Below, in pieces: positions 38,497-47,998 of a DNA stretch of 64,000 bases. This stretch comes from Cellvibrionaceae bacterium (lineage in GTDB: Bacteria; Pseudomonadota; Gammaproteobacteria; Pseudomonadales; Cellvibrionaceae). A program made the position numbers and the translations under genes. Positions within the stretch are counted from its first letter, which is position 1; every line of letters starts with the position of its first letter. The notes below the pieces were generated by a model that ran no database searches, was not told the origin of the DNA, and was given only the letters and a program-made list of their open reading frames with translations. The DNA lies in the NCBI GenBank assembly GCA_036520615.1, contig DATDJI010000091.1, forward strand, positions 44,734 through 108,733. The letters are read 5' to 3'.

Positions 38497-39075
38497 CTAC
38501 CGCACATCCACGCCGTGTAATAGAGCCAACGCGTACAAGCCACCCGCATAGCCCTGCCCTACAGCCTTGAATTTCCAATCCGAACCCGCGCGGTATAACT
38601 CGCCAAATATTAGCGCCGTCTGGTTCGAATAGCCTTCGGTAAGATCGAAGCGGGCTATTTCGGTTCCCGTATCCAAATTGACCAAGCGTATAAACGCCTC
38701 GTCTACTTTGCCAAAATTTTGCTGTCGGTCATCCGCCTCGTGAATCGTCACGGCCACCACTAGGCGCATTATTTCCAGAGGAATTTTATCCAGCTGAATA
38801 TTGAGCATTTCATCGTCGCCATCGCCTACGCCAGTGCGATTATCACCAGTGTGCTCAACGCCGCCACACGCTGAGTGCAATTGACCGTAGAAAATAAAAT
38901 CTCCATCGCTGCGCACGCGGCCCTGCTCGGTGAGCATAAAAACACTGGCGTCCAAGTCAAAATCAGCGCCTGTGCCGCTGCTGGCATTCCAGCCTAGCCC
39001 AAGTCGCAGATGTCGCAAACTGGGGTCAGTTTTGGATAAATTAAGATTGCGTCCTTTGCTAAGGCTAATGGCCAT
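38497..39075 (-). CDS. terD: TerD-family tellurium-resistance/stress protein
   Basis: [40 protein letters not shown]. Confidence 0.9.
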   Translation of the reverse strand: MAISLSKGRNLNLSKTDPSLRHLRLGLGWNASSGTGADFDLDASVFMLTEQGRVRSDGDFIFYGQLHSACGGVEHTGDNRTGVGDGDDEMLNIQLDKIPLEIMRLVVAVTIHEADDRQQNFGKVDEAFIRLVNLDTGTEIARFDLTEGYSNQTALIFGELYRAGSDWKFKAVGQGYAGGLYALALLHGVDVR

Positions 39076-39086
39076 GTTCAGCTTGC

Positions 39087-40130
39087 CTATGCTTTAGCTT
39101 CAGTGGATCCATGAATACGGCGGTGGCGAATAGACGACCACAGCGACAACCCTATAAATACCACACCAGATAAGCCGGTAAACCATTCGGGGATATGGTA
39201 AGTGACGCTCAACAGCATTATTGCCGCCAGAATACCTATGGCGTAATGGGCGCCGTGCTCCAAATATACATAGGCCTCAAGCGTGCCTTGGCGTACAAGG
39301 AAAATGGTGAGGGAGCGTACGAAAAACGCACCTATAGCCAGGCCGACCATAATAATGACAACGTCTTTAGTAATTGCAAACGCGCCTATAACGCCATCAA
39401 AGCTGAAGGACGCGTCCAACACTTCTAGATAAAGAAAGCCGCCGATGCTGCCTTTGGCGATCAGCTCACCGGTGTGGCTAACTTCCTCTTCAGCCTCCAA
39501 TAAGCCACTGACAAAATCTACGGCAAGGTAGATGGCAATACCACCGATGCCCGATAAGAGCACGGATAATTTGATGGCTTCGGGTACAAGCATTGATGCA
39601 CCGTAGACGGCCAATAGGGTAAGCAGCGTGGAGAGGCCTTCGTTGCCGTGGGAGCCGAATTTCTCTTCAATCCAGCCAAACCAATGCAATTCTTTCTCGT
39701 CATCGAACAAAAAGTTTAAGAACACCAGCAGCAAGAACGCGCCACCAAATGCTGCAACCTGCGGATGGTGATCTGTCAGCTGGCGGGCGTACTCATCGGG
39801 TTGGTTCAAGGCCAGATCGATTACTTCGCTTAGACCTAAACCCGTGGCAACAGCCACAATTGCGATAGGGAATACCAAGCGCATGCCAAAAACCGCCACT
39901 AATATGCCGACGGTTAAAAACAGTTTTTGCCAGAAGGCGTTCCAGGTGCGCAGCACCGAGGCATTTACTACGGCGTTGTCAAAAGACAGAGAAACTTCCA
40001 TAACCGCAAGAATGCCCGCAATTAACAAAGCCTGCAGAGCTCCGGGCACACCGCCTCGGCTGTAACCCCACCAACCGGCAACGCCTAGCAACAGAATTGA
40101 AACCACAAATGACCAGGTGAAATGTTTCAT
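39087..40130 (-). CDS. TerC-family integral membrane protein (DUF475-type)
   Basis: About 9 TM helices. Motifs EVSLSFDNAVVNA and LEVLDASFSFDGVIGAF. First gene of the TerD block, with GGAG 12 nt upstream of the ATG. Confidence 0.8.
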   Translation of the reverse strand: MKHFTWSFVVSILLLGVAGWWGYSRGGVPGALQALLIAGILAVMEVSLSFDNAVVNASVLRTWNAFWQKLFLTVGILVAVFGMRLVFPIAIVAVATGLGLSEVIDLALNQPDEYARQLTDHHPQVAAFGGAFLLLVFLNFLFDDEKELHWFGWIEEKFGSHGNEGLSTLLTLLAVYGASMLVPEAIKLSVLLSGIGGIAIYLAVDFVSGLLEAEEEVSHTGELIAKGSIGGFLYLEVLDASFSFDGVIGAFAITKDVVIIMVGLAIGAFFVRSLTIFLVRQGTLEAYVYLEHGAHYAIGILAAIMLLSVTYHIPEWFTGLSGVVFIGLSLWSSIRHRRIHGSTEAKA

Positions 40131-40422
40131 GGGTGTGGGCTACTCCTATGAGCAGGTGAAGAGAATAGTAATTGGGCGCATAACACCCGCCTTGAGAATT
40201 TAACGGGTGTGGGATATGCAAGTCGGCGGGGAGATTAGCACAAAGTTTTGCCAGTAAAGCGCGTTACGGTAGCGAACTATTGCGGATTAATTTATGGTTA
40301 CCAGGCTTACCCTTGTGTAGCAATCTAGATTTAAAGGGGCTTTTTTATTGCCAGTGGCTGATCGTTAAGCTGATAAGCAGCACAAAAATACACAATTTAA
40401 TCCGTAATAATGAGGTGGCGAC

Positions 40423-41613
40423 ATGCCCACTGTTGGCCCCGTGTGGAGTATGCCTTTAAAAGGCGTGCGGCTGCGCTACATGCAAGAGCAGGCTAACCGG
40501 CTGACCATTGGCCTTGAGACAGAACCGCGATCGATTGTTTGTGCGGCCTGCGCCAGCCGGGAGGTTGTCGGTTATGGACGTATGACCTGGCGTATCCGTG
40601 ACCTGCCGATTGAACATAAATCAGTATTACTTGAAATATCTCGGCGCCGCCTGCGCTGTAAAGAGTGCAAAATTACATTTAATGAGCCGGTGGCAAATAT
40701 CGCTGAGGCACATCGAACGACGGCGCGGTTGGCGCAGCGGTTGTGGCAGCTGGGCTTGTACTATCCATTCACCGCCTTGGCGCCCAAATTTGGCTTGGAT
40801 GAAAAAACCCTGCGGGGCATTTTTAGCGATCGGTTTGCTCAGATGATGGCGCAATTTAACCGGCAGATGTACAGCCAGGCCCCCAGAATATTGGTATTGC
40901 ATCGGCCGATTATTCAGCGTCAACACCGCTTGCTATGGCTTAACGCCGATTTGGATACACTAGTGGATCTCAATCCGTTGGTCACTGCTGACCGCGTACT
41001 TATGAGTCTTGAGCGGTTGGGTTTGCAGCAGCCCCAGGCGCAAGCCCAAATTTGGCTGCCGCCGGAAGCACCTTTACTGCGGCTGCTGCAGGCGCAATTA
41101 CCCAGCACGAGCAATATTGTGCTGCGCCTGCATCCCGCCGCCGTGCGCAGGCATTTGCAAGCCCTAGCGTGCACATTAGGCTTATCAGCCTCCAGCGCTA
41201 ACGAAGGGTTACAGCAGGCACTAGAACGCGTGGCTACAGCGCCGGATGCCAATGCCGCGATGCTTGCCTGGCAGCAGGCGCTGAACGAGCCGCATCCTGC
41301 TGAGCTGGCGACCGCTCTGATTGAGTTTAAAACTGTGCTGACACTGCTAGGCACGCAGGCTCTTGCATCCTTCGATGAACCGGCGCTGCCCTGCGACCCA
41401 CTGCTTGAGCAGTTGGACGCGACACTTAGTACAAGCCTGGTTAAGCGCTCGTTTGATGCTGTGTGTGCAATGCTATTGTTTGATAAAACCCTGCAGGTTT
41501 CCGCTCGCACAGGTCTTGCGCGAGACGGTACGCGGCTGGGGTATCAAAAAACCCATTACGGCACTTCGCTGCCGCGATTGTTGGCTAAGTTAAATCAATT
41601 ACCACGGCTTTAA
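40423..41613 (+). CDS. ISL3-transposase-like protein (zinc finger plus HTH N-terminus) with an apparently degenerate catalytic domain
   Basis: GAGGTGG SD upstream of the ATG. Motif CAAC...GRMTWRIRDLPIEHKSVLLEISRRRLRCKECKITFNEP resembles the ISL3 zinc finger. The A/L/Q-rich remainder lacks a recognisable GIDE / DM...Y / E pattern. Confidence 0.45.
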   Translation: MPTVGPVWSMPLKGVRLRYMQEQANRLTIGLETEPRSIVCAACASREVVGYGRMTWRIRDLPIEHKSVLLEISRRRLRCKECKITFNEPVANIAEAHRTTARLAQRLWQLGLYYPFTALAPKFGLDEKTLRGIFSDRFAQMMAQFNRQMYSQAPRILVLHRPIIQRQHRLLWLNADLDTLVDLNPLVTADRVLMSLERLGLQQPQAQAQIWLPPEAPLLRLLQAQLPSTSNIVLRLHPAAVRRHLQALACTLGLSASSANEGLQQALERVATAPDANAAMLAWQQALNEPHPAELATALIEFKTVLTLLGTQALASFDEPALPCDPLLEQLDATLSTSLVKRSFDAVCAMLLFDKTLQVSARTGLARDGTRLGYQKTHYGTSLPRLLAKLNQLPRL

Positions 41614-41662
41614 ACAGCGGCATGTGAGAATGTCTAATTAATTCTCCAGGCGCAAAAAACAG

Positions 41663-41690
41663 CCAATCTATTTCGCAGATTGGTTATTTT
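41663..41690 (+). terminator. Weak intrinsic terminator after the ISL3-like gene
   Basis: CCAATCT-ATTTCGC-AGATTGG followed by TTATTTT. Confidence 0.35.
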
Positions 41691-41724
41691 CCTAATGCTT
41701 ATTTTAGCCGAAACATTATTCAAT

Positions 41725-41756
41725 AAACGTGGCTTAAAAGCCTTTAAGCCACGTTT
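41725..41756. terminator. Perfect 14-bp stem hairpin between convergent genes (probably a bidirectional terminator)
   Basis: AAACGTGGCTTAAA-AGCC-TTTAAGCCACGTTT, 8 nt from the ABC exporter stop, with A/T runs on both flanks. Confidence 0.6.
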
Positions 41757-41763
41757 CCAACTA

Positions 41764-43536
41764 TTATTTCTGTGGCGTGTCGAACGCCAAAGCTGAAAGC
41801 TCAGCATAATAAGGGCTGCTGACGAGCAGGTCTTCATGCGTGCCTTGTGCTACCACTTCGCCTTGGCGTAATACGTAAATACAATCTGCATCTATTACTG
41901 TAGATAAGCGGTGGGCGATGACCAAACATGTCCGATTTTGTTTAAGTGCATCCAGCGCCTGTTGAATTAAATATTCGCTTTTATTATCCACGGCAGAAGT
42001 AGCTTCATCGAGCAGTAGAATTGGTGCATTTTTCAAAAAAGCCCGTGCCATCGTTAAACGCTGCCGCTCGCCACCGCTTAATTTATTGCCTCGCTCGCCT
42101 ACTTGGGTATCAAGCCCTTCAGGTAAGCGCGTGACAAATTCATCCGCGCAGGCTAATTTAAGTGCGTGCCATAATTCTTCATCTGAGGCGGAGGGTTTAC
42201 CCAATAATAAATTTTGCCGAATATCAGTGGCGAATAAAAAAGCATCCTGTGTTACATAAGCAATATTCTGCCGCAAGCTGGTTTTAGAGATAGATCCTAT
42301 CGGTATGCCATCAATAATAATTTCGCCATGATTCGCTGCATAGAAACCGGTAATTAATTGGAAAATAGTGCTTTTACCGCTGCCAGTGGCACCTACAAAT
42401 GCCACGGTTTGAAAAGGCTTAATCTGCAGGTTAAGCCCTTGCACGATGGGCCGTTTGGGTTGATAGGCAAAGCCGACATCGTGAAATTCTATCGAGCCTT
42501 CGAATTTATCCAGATGCAGACCACGCTGTAAATCCTCCTCACCTTCTTGATCCAATACAGAAAATACCCGCTGCGCCGACGTAAGGCCTGAGACCATCAT
42601 TTGGTTAACAGCGTGCAAGCGTGCAATAGGCTCGTACAACATATTTACTAATAATACAAAAGCTAGTAATTGCCCTGGTGTAAGCGGGTTTTCCTGATTT
42701 TGCATACACCATTCGGCACCCACTAACATTACTAATACCAAGCCAATTTTGCCGAGCAACGTCATCAACGGCGAATACAGAGCCGCCGCGGCCATGAGTT
42801 TTTTCTGAATAAGTTGCAGATTACGGCTGGTCTGATTAAAGCGATCTTGTTGTGGTGATTCAAAAACATAGCTTTTGATTTGCCGAATACCGGCCAATGT
42901 ATCAAATAACATATTGTGCATTGTGCTTGTGGCAGCGCGCGCTTCACGCTCTCGAGGTGCTAATAGTCGAGCGTAAATCCAACCGCCTGCAACAATCAGT
43001 GGTGTGGGAATTAACACTACCCAAGTAAGTGCAACATGGGTATGAAACATTACCACCAGTGCCATTACCATTTGTAAAATTGCAGTTAGCCCTTGTTCTA
43101 TACCTTCTAATACAACTCTTTGCGTGGCAGGTACGTCATCGGCCATGCGGGTAAAAATATCACCAGTGCTTTGCTTATCGAACCAGCCCAGGCCCATATG
43201 GCTGATTTTACGGTGCAATTGTCCGCGCAAATCAAACACCATCATCTGCTCAAAGGCGCTGTTGACTCGCGTGCGAAAATAAAATAACAACTCAATTAAT
43301 GAAAATGCGCCAAACATCATAAGCGCCGCAGGGATAATCTGATCGTGACGTTTATTAGGAATAATATCGTCAAAAAACCATTGGGTAACGCCGGGAAATA
43401 CCGGCAGCAATAATGTACCAATTATCGCAAGGCTTATCTGCAATAGCGCCATGCGCCAGTGATTACGAGCAAATAATAGAATCCGCAGCAGTACAGACGA
43501 GGGTGCTGCAGTTAATGGCGGTACTGATGTGGACAT
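41764..43536 (-). CDS. ABC exporter, fused permease/ATPase (MsbA-like type I exporter)
   Basis: Six-TM domain, then Walker A GATGSGKST, signature LSGGERQR and Walker B ILLLDEATSAVD. The preferred ATG is at 43536 (MSTSVPP...). Confidence 0.85.
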   Translation of the reverse strand: MSTSVPPLTAAPSSVLLRILLFARNHWRMALLQISLAIIGTLLLPVFPGVTQWFFDDIIPNKRHDQIIPAALMMFGAFSLIELLFYFRTRVNSAFEQMMVFDLRGQLHRKISHMGLGWFDKQSTGDIFTRMADDVPATQRVVLEGIEQGLTAILQMVMALVVMFHTHVALTWVVLIPTPLIVAGGWIYARLLAPREREARAATSTMHNMLFDTLAGIRQIKSYVFESPQQDRFNQTSRNLQLIQKKLMAAAALYSPLMTLLGKIGLVLVMLVGAEWCMQNQENPLTPGQLLAFVLLVNMLYEPIARLHAVNQMMVSGLTSAQRVFSVLDQEGEEDLQRGLHLDKFEGSIEFHDVGFAYQPKRPIVQGLNLQIKPFQTVAFVGATGSGKSTIFQLITGFYAANHGEIIIDGIPIGSISKTSLRQNIAYVTQDAFLFATDIRQNLLLGKPSASDEELWHALKLACADEFVTRLPEGLDTQVGERGNKLSGGERQRLTMARAFLKNAPILLLDEATSAVDNKSEYLIQQALDALKQNRTCLVIAHRLSTVIDADCIYVLRQGEVVAQGTHEDLLVSSPYYAELSALAFDTPQK

Positions 43537-44578
43537 AATTAGCCTTAGGCAAGCAAACGAAAGTGCTGTACATAATACTCGCAGTGTGCCGATTTCACTA
43601 TTTTTAAGCGCGAGCCTTACTAATTTATTAACGGTCAAACCTGTGCAGCGTAAGCCATTTTTTGCCCAGTGTTGACCCGAATATTAATATGGTTATTGCG
43701 GAGGTGCAGGATTGAAGTAAGTGAGGCTCAATCAGAATGTTAATGCCAGTGCCCTAAGTAGTTTGCTCAAACACTTAATTGGCTGACGCTGCTGCAAACT
43801 GCTTCTAACGTTAAAAAATATAATTCCATTTAAGTTACGGCAGTGAATTCATTGGGTAATTTTCGTATTAACTTCTGTGATTATCAAAGTTTGTCGTAAG
43901 ACTGCTATTTAGAGTTGGTCTTAAATGACAGTGGAAATCAAATTTTCATTGAGCTTTTGCAGGTAAAATTTTCAAAAATTAAAATATACAACGTATATTT
44001 CGAATGTTTATTATTATGCCTAATTTATCAGGAAGCTATGTTGTTAAGGTGCTTGGCAATTGCCAAAATGATATGTCTGTCAGAACAATTATTAATTTCC
44101 AATTCAGAAGAGAAATATTTCCATAACGAAGGTGGCCAAAGTGATTTAAACCATTTATAGCTATTAACCCTTGGAATGTGGACCTTCATACCGCCGCATT
44201 GTTGTTATGCGTAAATGCAAAATAATTCCGTTTTTATCGTTAAGCTATTTCCTGGCTGGCGTCAGTGTGCTGCTTCATGCAACTTAACTGCTGCTGATTC
44301 ATCAGATGATGTTCAAAAATCAATATCTTCTGCACCCGGTCGTGCGTCGTGTATTGGCGAATTGGCTTTTGATGCCGGAAAAATAGCGCCGTTACGTCGT
44401 GCAGGTCTTTGCTGGCCAATAAATTGCACTAGCGTGTGGTTAAAGAAAGTGCGTGAGACTTACTATCTGTAGTGGGTCTATAAATTTGGCAGTTAGCAAA
44501 ACAATAATCACGAATCATAAAAACTTGTGTGCAATTAGATTTCCGCACAAATTAATTATCGCCGCAACGGGAGTTTCT

Positions 44579-46705
44579 ATGCATTTTTGGCGTTTTATTG
44601 CTGGGCTTATATTGTTGCTGGCAAAAGCGGCCTATGCGGTGACGGACACCGCAGCGACAGAGCAGGTTACCGCGCGCTTAGTTGCCTCGGTAGATTCTAT
44701 TGCACCGGGCAGCGAAATTTACCTAGGTGTTAACCAGGTCATCATTCCTCATTGGCACACCTACTGGTCTAATCCGGGGGATTCAGGCATAGCAACAACC
44801 ATCGCCTGGAAATTACCAGCAGGCGCCAGCGCCAGTGAAATTCTCTGGCCTATCCCTAGTCGCCTCACGATGGGCACTATCACCAATTATGGTTATTCAG
44901 ATCAGGTAACGCTGCTGAGCAAAATTCGCGTCCCTCAGGATGCGCAACCGGGTTCGAGTTTTGTAGCTGAAGCCACTGTTGACTGGCTGGTGTGCGAGAA
45001 AGAATGTATCCCGCAGCAGGTAAAATTAACGTTGAGCCTACCGATTAATCAAGCGGGAGCAAACATCGGCACGGGCAGCCCGCTAGTGCAGCAGGCGCTC
45101 GCGCAGTTGCCGGTTAACAGCCCCTGGCCCGTGCAGCTTGCGACCGCGCAACAGGGGTTCACGCTAAGCATTGGGCAGGTGCAAATCCCAGCTGAGCAAT
45201 TGCGGGATATTTGGTTTTACCCGGCTGAGTGGGGCGTTATTGCTCAGAACGAACATCAGCCTTATGAAGTCTCTGCAGATGGCATTCGCCTGAATATCAA
45301 GGCAGGCGAAGTTCCGCTGACGCCGAACCAAACGCTTAAAGGTGTATTGGTTATTCAGCAGCAAACTGCACAGGGCGTGGTGGCAACGGGCTTTTCTATA
45401 GATCAAGGGCCCACGCCCTTAGCGGCCAATTCGACAGCAGCCATAGGTTTTGCAACGGCGCTTTTACTGGCCTTAGCTGGTGGTTTAATTCTCAATTTAA
45501 TGCCCTGTGTGTTTCCTGTGCTTTCGCTTAAAGCGCTGTCATTAGTGAGCCAGGCGCAGCAGTCCCCACGGCAAATTCGCTTGCAAGGCTGGGTTTATAC
45601 GGCAGGAGTTTTGGTGAGTTTTACTGCGTTGGCAGGGGTCTTAGTGATACTCAAAGCTGGTGGTGCGCAGATCGGCTGGGGATTTCAATTCCAATCGCCG
45701 GTGTTTGTTCTTGCCATGGCTTATTTAATGTTCCTCGTGGGGTTAAATCTTTCCGGAGTTTTTGTTATTGGCGGCAGCATCGCAGGTGTTGGCTCCTCGC
45801 TGGCTGATAAAGGCGGCTATAGCGGCAGCTTTTTTACCGGTGTGCTGGCCACGATTGTTGCCACCCCCTGCACGGCGCCTTTTATGGCTGCTGCACTCGG
45901 TTACGCGTTGGCGCAGCCGGCCTTAAAATTATTCGCGATTTTCTTAAGCCTAGGTCTTGGTTTAGCCCTGCCGTATTTAGTGCTCGCCAGCTGGCCGCGC
46001 CTGTACAAATGGCTGCCAAAGCCAGGCGCTTGGATGGAGCGCACTAAGCAAGCTCTGGCGTTCCCCATGTACGCGGCTGCCGTGTGGCTTGTGTGGGTAT
46101 TAGCGCAGCAAGCGGGCGCGAGTGCAGTGCTAGTGGCTTTAGCGGGAATGGTGGCTCTGGCCTTGGCGGTATGGTTGTACAGCACCACGCGCAATAGTCA
46201 TCCGCGCACTGAGAAACTCGGTACAGGGCTTGCCCTTAGCACGCTGCTAGCAACGCTTGCTCTAGCCTATTCCGGCATAAATCTATACGCGGGCACGCAC
46301 GGTGAAAATACTCAGGCGGCTGCCGCTGGATCAAAACATCACAATTGGGAACCCTATTCAGCGCAGCGACTACAGAGCCTACTTGCCGAGGGCAAACCGG
46401 TATTTCTTAATTTCACAGCATCCTGGTGTATTAGTTGTCTTGTAAACGAGCGCGTCGCATTGAGCGATGAAACCGTGAAAGACATGTTTAAAACTGCAGG
46501 TATTACTTACTTGAAGGGCGACTGGACGAAGCGGGATGCAGAGATCACTAAGATTCTCACGCAATTTGGCCGCAGCGGCGTGCCGCTTTATGTGCTTTAT
46601 CCGGCAGGCAATAGTCAATCCCCTGTTGAGCTGCCGCAAATACTCACGCCGGATATGGTGCTTAACCAAATCGCCATAAATTCTCCCAATAAAGTTTTAC
46701 CCTGA
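44579..46705 (+). CDS. DsbD/ScsB-family membrane electron transporter (protein-disulfide reductase)
   Basis: ATG at 44579 after GGGAG, with a signal peptide. Periplasmic N-domain with HWHTYWSNPGDSG and WLVCEKECIP. CcdA-like TM core (NLMPCVFPVL, TPCTAPFM). C-terminal thioredoxin WCISC. Confidence 0.85.
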   Translation: MHFWRFIAGLILLLAKAAYAVTDTAATEQVTARLVASVDSIAPGSEIYLGVNQVIIPHWHTYWSNPGDSGIATTIAWKLPAGASASEILWPIPSRLTMGTITNYGYSDQVTLLSKIRVPQDAQPGSSFVAEATVDWLVCEKECIPQQVKLTLSLPINQAGANIGTGSPLVQQALAQLPVNSPWPVQLATAQQGFTLSIGQVQIPAEQLRDIWFYPAEWGVIAQNEHQPYEVSADGIRLNIKAGEVPLTPNQTLKGVLVIQQQTAQGVVATGFSIDQGPTPLAANSTAAIGFATALLLALAGGLILNLMPCVFPVLSLKALSLVSQAQQSPRQIRLQGWVYTAGVLVSFTALAGVLVILKAGGAQIGWGFQFQSPVFVLAMAYLMFLVGLNLSGVFVIGGSIAGVGSSLADKGGYSGSFFTGVLATIVATPCTAPFMAAALGYALAQPALKLFAIFLSLGLGLALPYLVLASWPRLYKWLPKPGAWMERTKQALAFPMYAAAVWLVWVLAQQAGASAVLVALAGMVALALAVWLYSTTRNSHPRTEKLGTGLALSTLLATLALAYSGINLYAGTHGENTQAAAAGSKHHNWEPYSAQRLQSLLAEGKPVFLNFTASWCISCLVNERVALSDETVKDMFKTAGITYLKGDWTKRDAEITKILTQFGRSGVPLYVLYPAGNSQSPVELPQILTPDMVLNQIAINSPNKVLP

Positions 46706-46746
46706 TAAGTGTTTACCCCGTTTACTAACCTAAGAGGAAGTTAATT

Positions 46747-47364
46747 ATGTCGTTACGTAAAATTGCCAGCAGTGCGTTGTTATCCTTTGCTTTTATAACC
46801 TCAGCTGTTATGGCTGACCCGGCAATCAATCAGGCCGCGCCTAATTTCACCGGTAAAACAGCTGACGGAAAAACCGTTGATTTGGCGTCGCTAAAAGGTA
46901 AAACCGTCGTGTTGGAATGGACTAATCATCAGTGTCCGTTTGTGATTAAACACTACGATCGCAGCAGCAATATCCCTAAATTGCAAAAAGAGGCCACAGC
47001 AGATGGTGTGGTTTGGCTGCAAGTGATTTCGTCCGCCCCTGATGCGGAAGGCTTTGTGGATGGCCCTACGGCCCTAAAAGCAAATCAATTTCGCGAGGCA
47101 GCTCCCACGAGTGTTGTTCTTGATCCGACAGGAGCTATTGGACATTTATACGGCGCCAAAACCACGCCTCATTTGTTCATTATCAACCCCAAAGGCGAGC
47201 TGGTTTATAAAGGCGGCATTGATAGTATTAAGTCAACCAAAGCGGAAGATATTCCACAGGCTACCAATTATGTTCGCGAAGCCTTAACCGCGCTTAAGCA
47301 AGGTAAGCCTGTACCAAATCCAGTGACTGCGCCTTATGGTTGTTCGGTTAAATACGCCAGCTAA
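46747..47364 (+). CDS. Periplasmic thioredoxin-fold (redoxin/AhpC-TSA-like) protein
   Basis: Signal peptide. The motif WTNHQCPFV and a C-terminal YGCSVKY hold the only two Cys. Lies 41 nt after the DsbD-like gene, with AGAGGAAG upstream. Confidence 0.7.
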   Translation: MSLRKIASSALLSFAFITSAVMADPAINQAAPNFTGKTADGKTVDLASLKGKTVVLEWTNHQCPFVIKHYDRSSNIPKLQKEATADGVVWLQVISSAPDAEGFVDGPTALKANQFREAAPTSVVLDPTGAIGHLYGAKTTPHLFIINPKGELVYKGGIDSIKSTKAEDIPQATNYVREALTALKQGKPVPNPVTAPYGCSVKYAS

Positions 47365-47402
47365 ATCATAGCGAGCTTAACGCAGCTTTCAGCGGAAACA
47401 AT

Positions 47403-47437
47403 CGCGTAACCCGCCCATTTATAGGTGGGTTTACGCG
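47403..47437. terminator. Imperfect hairpin between convergent genes
   Basis: CGCGTAACCCGCCC...GGTGGGTTTACGCG. Confidence 0.4.
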
Positions 47438-47539
47438 CTTAAATTAACCCAAAGATCGTGAGTTTTACGCACGGGCAAACACAATTGGTAAGAGTCATTC
47501 AAATATTTACAAAACTCTCCTGCGGCTGACGATTTTTAA

Positions 47540-47998
47540 TTATTCCAGTGGCAACTGATTCTCATTGACCGGCGACTTCAGCACAAAAGAAGAATGCACA
47601 CCGGTAATCCCTTCAATAGTGGTAAGTTTATTCAGCAAAAAATGCTGGTAGGCGTCCATATCTTTAACAATAACCTTAAGTAAATAATCCGCCTGCTGGC
47701 CGGTAATTAAATGGCATTCGAGTACTTCGGGTAATTTAGTTAATTTTTTCTCAAATCCGGCAAAGCGCTCCGGTGTGTGTTTATCCATGCTGATTTGAAT
47801 AAAAGCCGTCAGTGTTAAGCCAAGTTTGCGGGCATTTAAACGTGCACTATAGCCGTCGATAAAGCCCGCCTCTTCAAGCGCGCGCAGACGGCGTAAACAA
47901 GGGGAGGGCGATAGCCCTATGGCGTCAGCCAGTTCCTGATTGCTCATGCGGCCCTGCTGCTGCAATGCATTTAATATAGCTTTATCAAATTTATCCAT
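47540..47998 (-). CDS. Lrp/AsnC-family transcriptional regulator
   Basis: MDKFDKAILNALQQQGRMSNQELADAIGLSPSPCLRRLRALEEAGFI plus a C-terminal RAM/AsnC domain. Divergent from leuA. Confidence 0.9.
   Translation of the reverse strand: MDKFDKAILNALQQQGRMSNQELADAIGLSPSPCLRRLRALEEAGFIDGYSARLNARKLGLTLTAFIQISMDKHTPERFAGFEKKLTKLPEVLECHLITGQQADYLLKVIVKDMDAYQHFLLNKLTTIEGITGVHSSFVLKSPVNENQLPLE

Noticed and set aside
40131-40270. Possible yybP-ykoY (Mn2+) riboswitch upstream of the TerC-family gene, since TerC-family genes are frequent targets
   Set aside because: Only a GGAGUAGCC string overlapping the RBS and one 7-bp hairpin (ACACCCG...CGGGTGT) are present. I could not trace the four-helix architecture or the conserved loops. 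A covariance-model scan would be needed to revive this.
40920-41510. A 196-aa minus-strand ORF inside the ISL3-like gene
   Set aside because: Its S/A/C/R-rich composition is typical of antisense frames. The plus-strand ORF is longer, has an SD and carries recognisable zinc-finger/HTH motifs.
43915-44472. Two plus-strand ORFs (81 and 85 aa) in the AT-rich gap
   Set aside because: There is no clear RBS, the composition is odd and Cys/Leu/Ile-rich, and no motif is recognisable. I treat them as non-coding unless expression data say otherwise.
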